A DNA stretch of 64,000 nucleotides from Leucoraja ocellata (GCA_036785375.1 JAWMAR010000603.1:806001-870000), one strand, 5' to 3'. Shown: positions 41,926 to 55,082, counted from the stretch's first letter. Numbers and translations are program-made. The notes: generated by a model from the sequence alone, not told the origin.

Positions 41926-41995
41926 ATCTCGAATTCTAAGAGTGAGAATTTTAGCTGGGAATGGGCCTGGCGAAGAAGGATATTTTGGGAGCCAG
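41921..41995 (+). CDS. NEDD4: NEDD4 exon 2, start of C2 domain (EGSRILRVRILAG then, after a +1 shift, MGLAKKDILGAS)
   Basis: tttgcag| acceptor, AG|gtaggt donor; matches NEDD4-family SRI.RV..IAG.GLAKKDI.GAS once one base around 41957-41965 is removed. Confidence 0.88.
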
Positions 41996-42719
41996 GTAGG
42001 TGTTTTTTTTTTTGGGTGGGTGGGGACTGGAACGCGTTCTATCCCTGATTGGCGACTTAAGCCGGCACCTAAATGTTACCAGGTTACTCTCTCTGTGTCT
42101 TATCATAAACGTGGATCGAGGGATTCTTAGAATGAAGTAACAGAGTTAGTAATCACTTTGTTTAAAAAAAAAAGGTAAACATACCAAGATTTGGTCAGTA
42201 GTACAGGATCAATGTTATTCTCACCGAGACACAAAATGCTGGAGTAACTCAGCGGAACAGGTAGCATCTCTGGAGAGAAGGGATGGGTGACGTTTCGGAT
42301 CGAGACCCTTCTTCCTGCTGACTTCCCAGGTCAAATCAACTCTTCAGCAGTGTTGGAACTTCAGTCAACAATATAGAATTTGGGGCAGGGGGATCCTATT
42401 GGTCTTTGATGGCGATTAAAACGATTGGATTCTAATTCAAATCTCATCTGCTTTCGCAATGTCCCTTGGGAAGGAAGTCAAAATGCAGGCTGGTCCATAT
42501 GTGACCCCAATGTGGTTGACTCTTAAATGTCTGAAGTAGTCCAACAAACCACTCGCTGACTGGTAATGTAATGTAATGTTCAGAGAAGGATTAGAACCTA
42601 CATGGAACCTAATTGGCGACGGGAACCGAGCACCGAAATATTACCAGGTTGCTCCCTGGGTCATCATAAACGTGGACCGAGGGGATTCTTAGAATGAAGT
42701 AACAGAGTTACTGTATCCA

Positions 42720-45000
42720 GATACAGCCAGGTTCCTCCCAGTCTCTCAGACTTGCAAACATCTGAGGACTGGTGACAATGGGGAGAATTACCCACAGCCT
42801 ACGCAAGCCACAGCATGATGTGGTAATTCGTACAAACAACGCACATGACTCCTCCATTGCAACATGCTTTGTGCCACTGACATATGCAGTGATATGCTGA
42901 TCGTGAGGATTAGGAAGCATTCCTTGGAATCCCCAGGTTTGACTCCAAACCCTGCAATATCCCATGGTATCAGTTAGGATTGAGCAAGGTTCCTCGTCCT
43001 GATCACCACCTGCCATTCTCCCTTGGTTGAAGAATCATTGATCCGTCATCTCGGTCAATGGTGGAGGAAACATCGAAAGGAGCAAGGTCACAGAATGTAC
43101 TCTGCCTGGGGTTGAATGCCATCACTGATAGTCCCATATTGGCTGAACTAGGCAAGTCTTGAAGGATGTACCTGGAGAATGGGTCTGTGGCAGGCAGTGA
43201 GAGACTAATTGGAGGTAGACACAAAATGTTGGAGTAACTCAGCAGGACAGGCAGTCTGAAGAAGGGTCTTGTCCCGAAATGTCACCCATAGAGTCTGAAG
43301 AAGGGTCTCAACCATTCCTTCTCTCCAGAGATGATGCCTAATCCGCTGAGTTACTCCAGCATTTTGTGTCTACCTTCGATTTAAACCAGCATCTGCAGTT
43401 CTTTCCTAAACCTAATTGACCTTGTCCTCACTCACCCACTGTCATGGACAGAAGCAACTGTCAACAACAATGGTAGTACTGACTCTCAACATCCTTGTGG
43501 GTACAGAATCTCTGTCATCGTATAAAGGAAGCTCTTGATTGTAATGTGTCACTCTACTGTAAATGGACAGACATGGAGTGAATCTGGCGGCTCAGAACTG
43601 GATATCCATGAGGCTCTGTATTGGTTTATTATTGTCATGTATACCGAGATACAGTGAGAAACTCTGTTTGCACGTTACCCAGACAAATCAAATCATACAT
43701 GAATACAACAGGTGGTGAAAAGGGAGAAGGTAAACAGAGTGCAGAAGATCGAGTTACAGCCGGAGAGAATGTGCAGATGGAAATAAAGGATAATGGCCAC
43801 AACGAGGTTGATTGGAAGATGGGGGAATCCTTCCTTAGTTTATGGGCCGACCAACACAAGAATCTGATAATAACGGGGAATAAGCTGTTCTGGAATCTGA
43901 TGGTAGAGGCTTTCAACTGTGGTCCATCAATAGCAGCAGCAGAGATGTCCAGCATTACGATGTGCAAGCTCATGGTTTAGCATGTCCTACATACTACCAT
44001 TACTAATGAGCCAGGGCATCAACACTGATTCAGTGACGAGCAGGCCGGGAGCACCATCAGTCGTACCTAAAATGATGAGGTGCTAACCTAACGAAGCTGC
44101 AATACCAAATCAAAAGGGTCCTAAACAGCATGTGGTTGATAGAGCTAAGTTTATCTTGCAAACAGTTGTAAAAAATTCAAATGCTGCAGTTCCACCTTAT
44201 CTAGTCATAGACAATTAAACAACAAATTAGAGGAGGCAGTCACAAGAACATCCCTCTCCTCGTTGATGGCAGAGACCAGAACAGGAGTGATAGATTTAAG
44301 AATGAAGCATTTTTAACTGTGATCAACCAGTGCATGAAACATCTTGGTATCAACCTGAAAGTCCCTCCCCCCTCCCCTCACCCCCCCCCCCCCCCCCGCA
44401 CAGCATTATAGAAGCCAGTCTCCAGCCAATTTGTTTCGCACCATACAATATCAAGATGAGAGGAATGGATACAGCAAGGACCAGCCAAAATCTTAACTGG
44501 TACAGAAGACTCCAGAACCAGCCGTGCCTCTAGCTCCACTCTAGTACCGTTGGAAAGCAGGTGTCAACCTGACAGTGTGAAAGGTTTCCCTGATGTGCGC
44601 TGCTCACAAAATGCAGCTATTTACCCAATCATTCTGCTGTCAGTCATCAGCACTGTGGTGAAAGTGGCACGTACTCGCCAATAACTATTTGCTGTTGTTC
44701 AGTTTGTGTTTTGCTGGGACTACTTGGTGTCAGACCTCATCATAACCTAGGTCCAAACATAGAGCAAGGGTTGAATACCATAGATGAGTTGATTTGTGAC
44801 TGCACTTGATGTCAAGCAGCACTTGACTGAGTGTGACATAAAGTGAAGTTTGCAAAAATGAAGTTAATGGGTGTCAAAGGCACTTCAATGGTTATGATAC
44901 CAAAACCCAGTCCCAGGACATCATGGTGGAGTTCCAAAAGGCAATGTCCATGGTCCAACTGTCTTCAGCTGCTGCACCGTTGACTTTCTTTCCATTGTAT
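42720..45000 (+). mobile_element. Highly degenerate non-LTR retrotransposon interrupted by younger insertions
   Basis: VTALDVK/AALD*V*H near 44800 and GVPKGNVHGPTVFSC near 44930 match RT domains 3 and 4; 5' extent uncertain. Confidence 0.55.
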
Positions 45001-46482
45001 ATTACCAGTCCGCCATCATTGCATGCTCATGATACTGGAATTCCATTCCCAACAGCACCGTATCTTCACTAGAAGGTTTACATCAATTCAAGTAGATGTC
45101 TCACCACCACCTGAGTGTGGTTAGCACATTTTGACCTTGCTAGCAACCCCAGATCCTGAACACAAAATTAAATAAATAATGTGGTCCATTTCTGACAGTT
45201 TCAATACAAAAGTAGAAAGCTTTGAAACTTGTTATTCCACAATGGTGTAATAATACATTATTGTTGTGTTTTAGATTGACATTGCATGTCATTTCCTTTT
45301 TATGTGAGTTTCAACCAGTGCATTGTTTAACTAATGTGGTGAGCCGGTTGGTTGGATGAGTCATTGTGAGCCACCCCTGCCTTACAAGAACATTAGTTGG
45401 AGGAAATAACAAGAGATTGCACTTGAAAACGTTCAAAATACCATTGCTGATGGCTGAAGGTTTCTTAACTCGTTCTAGATTGGCACTGTGCAGGTCTAAA
45501 TATATGGTGAAGCTTGGCATCAGACAGACAGAAGAGTGTAAGGCAGAGGCGCAGGGCACAGGCTTAAAATTCCTGTTACCTTATCCAATCAAATATTACC
45601 AACGTTGTCCCGAAGGATTGGATATGGAGTGAATCCTGATGTTAGAGGAGAACTAGAAATACTTTGAGCTGCAGCTATGATTCAATATAAATTGGAAGTA
45701 AACATTTTAACTATTCCCTTTGTATTTATTGAGGGCATTTCCTCTAGCCCCCTTCTACATATTCCAGATCTGAACCAGGTGAGAAATTCCCAGATTGTAT
45801 GGCTGAATGTGATCCCCCCCTCCCCCTTTCATTGGCATTAGGGGTATGGGGGGGGGGGGGGGGAGGCAGGAGAATGGAGTTGAGTGGGAAAGATAGATCA
45901 TCCATGATTGTATGACAGAGTAGACTTGATGGACCAAATGGCCTAATTCTACTCCTATAATTTATGAGCGTATGACTACTTGATCATTTTGTCCATGTAA
46001 AATTCAACTGCTGCATTAAACTAGAGGAAAATTCTGATCAATTGATATCCAACTATTTAGCAATCCTGATTCTTTGGCATCTGGTTCACTGGGTGCTAAT
46101 TCCTGTGCTCCCTTTCAACTCACCTGATTTCCTGGACAATTCTGTGATGTAATGTTTATACATTTAAAACATATATGTTTGTTGGAGCATTAGAATAATT
46201 TCTAGAAAAACTCGCTAGACCTGCACCACAAAAGTCCTGAGCACAATGGATGATCAGAGTTTTGCGCGGACTGGACATTGTGGGCCTGTTCAATTCCAAG
46301 ATTAATCTTTAAAATGTGAGCCTATTTGTTTGTGAGTTTTTAGTAGGATTTTCAGGATGCATAGTCATTCTCTGTAGTCATAACGCATTAAGTAAATCCA
46401 GTTTGAATTCTATGTTGAATAAGCTTTGACCAGATCTGACCACTTATCATGAATGGAGGCTCGCGACCATGTGGTTCTTTAC

Positions 46483-46752
46483 TTTAGACGCTAAACTCTA
46501 AAGATACAGCGTGCAAACAAGCCCTTCAGCCCACTTGTCTGTGCTGACTAGCCATCACCCCGTACACTAACCCTATCCAACACACTAGGGACAATTTACT
46601 TATAAACCTGTGAATCTTTGGAGTGTGGGAGGAAACCAGAGCACCCAGAGAATACCCAACGTAAAACTCCGTACAAGCAGCACCCGTAGTATGGATTGAA
46701 CCCGGGTCTCTGGCGCAGTAAGGCAGAAATCCTACTGCTGAGGTGCTGTGCC
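46483..46752 (-). mobile_element. V-SINE/HE1-like SINE
   Basis: B-box GGTTCAATCC and V-domain-like core on the minus strand. Confidence 0.75.
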
Positions 46753-47204
46753 TCCCTCTGCTACGATTCTAATTGTCATTCATAGATGGAAACAGTGGCG
46801 ATGGATGTCTGTGATCTTTTTTCTTTTGTCTATAATGGATTTGGATATAAGCCAGTAAAACCCACGTGGTGGAACAGTTTTCAAGCATTGGCCCAGCACT
46901 GTTGTTCCCAGTGACGGTGCACTTGATATATGTCATGGTCAGAATTATTGTTTCAACATTATTATAACATCTCCCTGTGGAGCATGCTTAAAAGATTTAC
47001 CTCTTATTCAACTCAAGGATACTTCCACAGATCAGCCTCGACTTCTGCAACTTTCCTTTCTGTAAAGTGTTAACCACATCCTTTGTACTTGTAGTCCTCC
47101 CAATTGCCTAATCAGTCCATCTGACATTAATTCACACATGTAAAACAACTTCTAAAGGCAAAACATCATTAAAGCCACAATAACATGCATTCAAAAGAAA
47201 ACTG

Positions 47205-47740
47205 CACACAAAGTGTTTGAGTAACTCGGTGGGACAGGCCACATCTCTGGAGGACATGGATATGTGATGTTTTGGGTCGGGACCCTTCTTCATACTGATT
47301 GCCATGGAGAGGAGTGGGTGCAGCTGGAAGAGAAGTGGGGGCAGGACAAATTCTGGCAAAGGATGGGTGGATAGACAGAAAATGCTGGAGTAACTCAGCG
47401 AAACAGGCAGCATCTGGATAGGATGAATATGTGACGTTTTGGGTCGAGACTCTTCTCTCCTCAAGGGATGGGTGGATACGTGGGGATTTATATTTGAGAG
47501 GGAGTTGGTTGGACTGAGGCTAGGGATGTAAGGACAAAAAGTTTGAGATAAGGATAGAAGGGGTATTAATTGTGAAGCCAGAGAAAGGAATAAATGTTAA
47601 AGGGGGAAGGGGATAAATTAGTGTGGATCCTGGTGGTGGGGGTGGGAGGAAAGAAGGGAGGAGGGTTGTTTGTAGGTTAATTACCTAAAATCGAAAAATT
47701 TGATGTTCATGCCATCAGGTTGTAAACTCCAAAGAGGGAT
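47205..47740 (-). mobile_element. PLE terminal fragment with a nested hammerhead mini-element
   Basis: two motifs (~47265-47292, ~47433-47458); nested copy flanked by GGATGGGTGGATA at 47361-47373 and 47466-47478. Confidence 0.7.
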
Positions 47741-48429
47741 TATTGGAACTGGTGCTGTTGGAAATATAATTTATAATCCCTTCGTGATGACTGAGGAATT
47801 TAATGAAGTCATTGAATGAATCTGGAATAAACTGTTTACATCAGTAATTATAGCTGTAAACCTGGAGCATCATTAAAACTAAATGGAAGGAAGTTTAGTT
47901 CTGTGTATCTATTAGAATTGTGGACATTAAAAACATTGAGGAAGTGAGGTCCATTACGTAAAGTGGATTTGTATTACAAAACCCGCTTTGGTTATGCAGA
48001 ATGACGGAGCAGGCTCACGAGACTCTGCAGTCTCCACCCTCCTGTCTGTGTTTACAAAATGCAAACAAGTCACTCAGTTTTGCCCTTTTTTAGTTCTGTG
48101 GGATATTTTGAGCAATTTGCTTAGCAGAAGCTTGCCAATGTTTCCAAGAGATGTCGAAATCTTTAATTGATTATCCGGAGAGTATTGCATCTACGCCGTT
48201 GATGCCCGGTCCAGTTATCGGTTGATGTGACGAGTATTCTCTGCAAACAAAAAGGTGGCACGCAGGAAAAGGCCAATTGTCGGTCTCGCCGCCTTCCTTT
48301 CAATCTACATTCCTTTGTTGGCTTGGGAGAGCTTAGAAACCAGGAAATGGTGAAGAACATTTTTATTTTTGACCCACGACATCACAACATTGTGCTGCAG
48401 TGAATTGTTTTATTTTCCCTGCTGTGGGA

Positions 48430-49400
48430 AGTCATAGAATACAGAAACCGGCCATCGAGCCACCGTTTTCATGCCATCTGGGGTCACCCACCCGTATTAA
48501 TCCCATCTCCCAGCACTTGGCCCATATCCCCAAGAGACTCAAATGCTTGTTGAGACATTTCCTACAATCTAGCTTCAATCATTCTCGCAGGCAGTGTATT
48601 CCATGTACCCTCACTTCTGGGTAGAAAAGGCCCCCCTTGGATCCAATTTCTTGCCCCATCCTAAATCTGGGTCCCATGGTTTTATTTGCCTCGTTAAGGT
48701 GCAAGGTTTTCTGCGGTGTGGCCTATCAGTGTCACTCATAACTTGATAGACTTCAATCATGCCCCTTTTAATCTCCTCCGCTCCAGTGGAGCAGTCCTAC
48801 CCGCTCCAGTCTTGCCTCATAACTCAAACCCTGCAACCCAGCTGACATTGTGGTGAATCTCTCTGCATCCTCTCCAGTGCTATCGTGTTTTCCTATGGTG
48901 GTGACCAGAACTGCCCGCAGTACTCCAGCTGAGATCTGACCAATGTTTTATAAAGTCTATTATGTGCATGTTTTGATTGATGTAAACAACAATATAAATT
49001 TCCCATTCCAAAAATTCCAAGAACAAACTGCAAAGTATTTGGATAAAAATTGGTAATGTGTTGCAAATTGCTTCTCACAACTTCCTGATGTTGAATTCAA
49101 TACCCTGACTGAAGGCCAGCATCCCATATGTTGTCTTCACCACATTATTTGCCTGTGATGGCACCTTCAAAGATCTCTTGACTTGTACACCAAGGTCCCC
49201 CTGTTCCTCAACACTCCCTTTGAGTCTACCATTCATTGTGTACGTCGCAGGTTCATCAGTACTCCCAAAATGCATCAGCTCACATTTATCTGGATTAAAC
49301 TCAATCTGCCATTTCTCAGCTCATTTCACCAAAAACATCAATGTCATCCTGATTACCATCCACAATGTCAAAAATTCCAGCAATCTTCGTGTCATGTGCA
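48430..49400 (-). mobile_element. Degenerate CR1 LINE
   Basis: ORFs MHFG...DLGVQVKRSLK and LYKTLVRSQLEYCGQFWSP. Confidence 0.8.
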
Positions 49401-49407
49401 AACTTAT

Positions 49408-49788
49408 GCCCCTGTCCCACTTAGGAAACCTGAACGGAAACCTCTGGAGACTTTGCGCCCCACCCAAGGTTTCCGTGCGGTTCCCGGAGGTTTTTGTCAG
49501 TCTCCCTAATGGTCGAAAGTGGTTTCCGCTTCTTCTATGTTCCGGCGATTTTTCCCAAAAAATTCCAAACCGGCCGCGACTAAAATTAGGTTGCCGTTTT
49601 AAAAATCGGTGATTTTTTAGTCGCAGCCGGTTGTGATGGTGGTTGGCGGAGGTTGCAGGTAGTGGAAGGTAAGACCTCCCTGGTGGAATAAAACTGGGTG
49701 GAAAAAAAGGTCTTACCTTCCACTACCTGCAACCTCCGGCAACCACCTTCAACTAGCATCGCAACCGGCTTCAACTAAAAAATTACCG
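49408..49788. mobile_element. Truncated Harbinger-like MITE with internal palindrome
   Basis: GCCCCTGTCCCACT-type terminus; inverted arms ~49604-49676 and ~49709-49788; no matching right terminus seen. Confidence 0.55.
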
Positions 49789-50063
49789 TAGGGAGTGGTG
49801 AACTCACCCTGGTCAATCACAGGCATAGTCTTCTCCACCATCAACAGCCTCTATATGAAGTACTGCCTCAAGAAGGTGTCGTTTATCATCGTGTTTCCCA
49901 CCATCTGGGCTATGCCCTCTCCTCACTGCTGCCATTGGGCAGAGGGCACAGAAGCTAAAATCCTAAGAAAGCAGATGAATTGCTTTCTCATAACCACGAG
50001 ATTCTTGGACCTACCTGCATAACTGTAATCCTATATTAGCGAGGTAATACCACGGTCGACTTT

Positions 50064-50348
50064 TAATTTTAGATTTAAGAGATACAGCATGGAGACATAC
50101 TCTTCGGCACACCGACCAACAATCACTCGTACAATTGTTCTATCCTACAAACAAGGGACTATTTACAGAAGCCAATTATCCTACAAGCCTGTGTTTTGGG
50201 AATGTGGGAGGAAACTGGAGCGCTGGAGAAACCCCACATGGTTGCGGGGAGAACGGAAGACCCTGTATGGACAGCGTCCCTAGTCAGGATCGAACCTGCA
50301 TCTCTGGTGCTGTCAGGCATCAACTCTAACGCAACGCCACCATGCCGT
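50064..50348 (-). mobile_element. V-SINE/HE1-like SINE inserted in a Rex1-like remnant
   Basis: B-box GGTTCGATCC on minus; flanks 49790-50020 and 50350-50540 resemble a Rex1/Babar 3' end. Confidence 0.7.
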
Positions 50349-51726
50349 TCTTTTTACACTATCATGGCCTAGTTTTTTTAATTGGGCTTTACAGCAATGT
50401 CTTGTCTTTCTTCGCAATCTTTTTCTTTTCCCGTCTTGTGTAACTTGTGTTGCCTGTGCCTTGATGCCTGTGATGCTGCTGCCAGCAAGATTTTCAATGC
50501 TTCTCTACCTTGCGTTACATGTGCTTATGACAATAAACTTGAAAAGTACTTTACTGCCTATGTAAAGATTTAGTGCGACTTCTGCCACCTTATTGATCCC
50601 TGAGTTTGATGTTCAGACAATTTATTTGATCTAAGGATATTAACTAATAGTCTGTATAATTTTTTAACTGCGGTATATTAAGCAATTGATCTTGTACTTT
50701 TTAAGTTCAGAGCATGAAAAGCCGAGTGCCACTGTTTATTGTGCATATACTGTATCAGGTGCTCTTAACTTGACCTACGTTTACACCACTTTTGAATTTG
50801 GTAATGTAGCGTTAACACTGTGAAAGTTCTCTTGTGGTTCACAGGTGTCATGAAACAAAATAGGGTGGTAAAGAGTAGATGTCAAGGAACTTTCTACAGG
50901 AGGAGACATGTACGGAGAGGTTAAGGAGTCCAGAGTTCATGCCCTCAGTAGTTCTGAACAATGGAGGATGAGAATTCTGTGTGTGGAGAGGTTGTGGGAC
51001 TTGGAGCTGACAAAGATGTTTATCGAGGCTGTGAAGTAAAACGTGGGTGAAAGTCACGGGTCAGTTGGTGGCTGAGGAATCTGTAGGTGTAACGATCGGA
51101 ACGTTTTCTCATTCCACAGTTATCTGTTACTCCCCTGATTTATTGATCTGTCCATGGATGGTTGATCAGCTTATTTATGAACTGCTTCCTGGTGCCTGCA
51201 GCTTCACTTCTTTCTTAAGGCAAATGAAACATTACCATTGTTCCAGGAACTATATTCATTTATCTCTCTTCACAATTTGCAAATCTTTCATCCTTTTGTC
51301 TCGTATCTTCTTTTATTTTCATCTCGGGCCTTTGTCCAACATCTGCTTATCAAAATCCCGACTCACCTGTGTTCACCTGTCGCTCCTTGTCCTGCTACTC
51401 CTCGCTCTTTGCTCCTCCTCCCAACATTGTCTAAAGAAGGGTCCCGACATAAAACGTCACCTGTTCATGTTCTCTAGGGATGCTGCCTGACCCGCCTGGT
51501 TACTCCAGCACCATGTGTGCCTCTTTTTTTTCCACAAATCAGCATCTGCAGTTCCTTGCTTCTACATTCTGTACTCATTTACTTCCTGGTACGTGCAGTT
51601 GTACAAATGTAATGATTAGCGGTGAGAAATTACTGGTGCTGGTTAATTATGTTGCAGCTCAGCCCTCACAACGATTAGTCTGCACAAGATTAAACTTTAA
51701 AAAATTAAGAAAAGGAAAATACTTAT

Positions 51727-52109
51727 TTTAACAAGCTAAATAGATTTTTATTACCTTTAATTTAATTAACTTTATATTAATGCCAGGGATTTGCAATATT
51801 AAATTTCGCCACCCTGCACATTCTTCCTCAAGTTTTAGTGGAGTTGCAAAGGATCAATTGACAATTAAAGGATCAAAATGACAATTAAAATTGAATCTGA
51901 ATCTGAATCTGATCGCAATACAGGATCAGGTTTCCAAGCAAACTGGGGAATTTCCCAACATCCTTATGGTTGACAATAAGTTTATATCCCGATCTTTTGC
52001 AACTCCCCTAACAGTTCAGGAAGAGCGAGCAAGGTGGGGAAATTTAATATTGCAATTCCGTGACATGAATTAAATTAAAAGTTAAAAAATATCCATTTAA
52101 CTTGTTAAA
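51727..52109. repeat. Diverged long inverted repeat (old MITE-like)
   Basis: arms ~51727-51855 and ~51991-52109, e.g. TTGCAATATTAAATTTC / GAAATTTAATATTGCAA and GGAGTTGCAAA / TTTGCAACTCC. Confidence 0.75.
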
Positions 52110-54552
52110 CCAGGTGATTGGTTTAGGCCACATTGCTGGTGTAATTGAGGTCCTGGGCACAGTGAATCCGATTCCTCAGCTTGATGTTGTTCAGCTGTAG
52201 CACTACACACTGGTGAGTCCAGGGTCAGTGAGGGAGGTCAGATATTCTGGAGTGTAACCTACAGTGTGTTCTTGACTTCTTAACTGCAACATGGATGTTG
52301 GTCAGGAGCGTGCTAACATGAAGAAGATATCCAGTTCTCTGCTGAACCACCAGCAAAAGGCAAATACATTTCAGCCATTCTGTGGGTTTAGCATATGCTG
52401 TTATCTCAAATTCCAGCTAAAACCTTACAACACTTCTGTCTCTCCATTTGTTACTTTTAACCCTATGGAATAAAGTGAGTGATATTTGAATGGGACTAAT
52501 AGCGCCACTTAACATTGAAGCATTAAAAGTGTGTTCATCTGAGCAGATGTCCAGACTTTAATGTGGCACCAGTTGCATAAAACTTAGTCTATAGTTTTTC
52601 CACAAGTATTAAAATGTGACAGGAAATTTGTATTTGTATGTAAATAATTGCCCTTAAAATTCAGGTTAAAGGCAAAATTTAGATTAAATTATTTAATGCT
52701 TGAGTTCCAATCAGAAAATCAAATGTTCGTTACCTGATTACATAAATTTGTCGGTACAAATCAAGTAAGATGCCTGCCTAAGAAACACTCAATAAATCTG
52801 GGTTTGTTCAGAGATTTATGATTAGTGTGAGAGCGGCCTCAGGGGACTGGGAGGGACCTGTTTGTGACCTCTTCACTGCAAAGCTGTGCAGCAGTGCTAC
52901 AGGAGAGCCTTCTTCCCTGTAGCTATCAAACTTTACAACTCCTCCCCCTAGACTGAGGCTGACTCCCCCAACCCCTCCCCAATCTTTGCACATCCCCCAA
53001 GCCTTTCCACTTGTCATGTTTTAATTTCATGTTTCATGTATTTTGTGTTTTTATGACTGTTGTCAGATCAATTTCCCTCTTGGACTAAATAAAGTTCTTT
53101 CGTATCATATCGTAAGTTTATAAGTTAGTTGTCTTTAAGTGTCTTATTGGGATGCCCACAGTAAATCAGTGCATCTGCTGGAGAAATTGTTCAAAAATTG
53201 TTTCATGTTAAAAACAGTTTATTGATACTGAAGAGGAAAAACTTTTAAATTGTATTTTTAGTAGTAACTAGACCAAGTGGGACCCGTTGGGTCCCTGTCA
53301 CACGGGTGGCCTAGTCCGCACAACACGACCAATTTCCCCCACGCAATATATCACCACTCACCCATAGCCCCCACGTCACTTAATATACTTGCTGCCAGGA
53401 ATATTTAAAAAAAGGGATTGCAACATTGCAGGACTGAGTGTCCCAGAATTGCAACATTGTAACAATCCCATTGTGAAGTCATAGCTGCAGAGGGAAGATT
53501 TTTTTCTCAAATTTGGATTTTTTTAAATTAAAAAATGTGAAATAACTTGTGAAATATAACATCAATCTGAACGACACTTAGTATCATATATATCGATGAT
53601 TTCGGTTTTTGTTATAACTTTCTCTGAACCAAAGCTTTCTAACTAAATTAAGACGTGTTTAGGAGCAACTTAATATTTATTCTTGGTGTGTAGGATGATT
53701 AAGTATGAGAGTATGGGGCAAAAGTCACATTCACCCTCCATTTATATGAATAGAAAATGAATTACTTTTACTATCTTGCATGTTTGACATTAATTAAATA
53801 TAGTTATTGATTTCCAAATGTCAAATCCACAAGTTTAATCAAGATGTCATCCAGTATATAGGACCATAGAACTTCCCTACTAGAATGACACACAATTTGA
53901 CCATTGCTCGTGTATACTTGTCTTGATGGACAATTGATCAAATGGGAGGGGAATATTTGAAAGTATGAATCACTGACTTATAAGTAAACATTTTGCAAGG
54001 AACTGTGACCCATTATCAGTTTTTAGCTTAAATGCAGGTGCTTCACTTCACTGGTGTTGGTTCTTGAATGATTCGAGGGTATTTGGGGATTACTTTGGAG
54101 AAGAAAAATACTTTTATTGTGAAGTGAGCGATGTTTATAATGGCTATTAAAGCACAGAACAGGTTTTAAGATTGGTAGAATTATACTGTGCCTCTATTCC
54201 AGGGAGCCCCAGTGTGGGGAGCTGCAGACTTGCTCATTCACAGCACAGTAGTTGTGAAAGGATATTTGGAATCTGAATCTGTGCATTGACTCACTGTATT
54301 GACCGCAGGGGAAACTTGGAGAATTGCAATAATGTTTTAATTTGGGATGATAAGGGAGGTAGGCAGCAATCCTTTATCAGTCTTTTGTAGAGGAATGTCG
54401 CAATGTGAAACGGATTCCTGTTCACCAGTTGGAGGGAAAACCTGGGGAGGAACATGACAGGCGATTTTACTTTCACTTCACTCAGGAAGTCAAGTTCTGG
54501 TAGAACAAATGGAGTAAATAGCGGGGTCCTTGAGAGTGCTGATGTACTGAGT

Positions 54553-54746
54553 CAGGGGTCCCCAACCTTTTTTTGTCGAGTTTACCTCAGGCAACTTTTC
54601 GAAAGTAAATTTACCCCACCCTGTTTTGTTCAATAATTTGAGTTTACACTTCCACCATAATAAAGGGGAAAGTTTAAAATACTGTTTTTAACATTATTAT
54701 TTTAAGTTGCAGAATCAACACATTTACCCCAGGTTGGGAACCCTTG
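54553..54746. mobile_element. hAT (Charlie-like) MITE
   Basis: TIRs CAGGGGTCCCCAACCT / AGGTTGGGAACCCTTG; 8-bp flanks TACTGAGT / TATTGAAT (6 of 8 match). Confidence 0.8.
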
Positions 54747-54949
54747 TATTGAATAAACTTTGGATGCAAGTCCATAGCTCACTAAAAGTGGTGATTCAAG
54801 TGGTAGTGCGCAAGTTGTTTGGTATGCTTGCCTTTATGAGCTAAGGGTTTTAATAAGAGTTACGATGCCCTGTTGCAGCTGCACGAAACATTTGTAAGAC
54901 GGCAGTTGAACCAATGTGTACAGTTCTGATTGTCACATGACAGGGGTGG

Positions 54950-55082
54950 AAGATTGCAACCTTCACGTGGTCCGCCCTGTTTCGACCTAATGCAATCAAC
55001 TCGACGTGCACAAACGGAAGATCAAATAGAACAAGTTGTCCAACAACTTTAGGCTGTGCACGCCACACGAAAGAAGAAGAAG
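54950..55082 (+). mobile_element. Short retroposon 3' end with (AAG)n tail (Vingi/RTE-like), inside a CR1 remnant
   Basis: CpG-containing segment ending GGCTGTGCACGCCACACGAAAGAAGAAGAAG. Confidence 0.45.

Noticed and set aside
48100-48360. Possible alternative NEDD4 first exon
   Set aside because: Stops interrupt the frames and the residual peptide (VT..L..KG...N.R) resembles a CR1 RT fragment.
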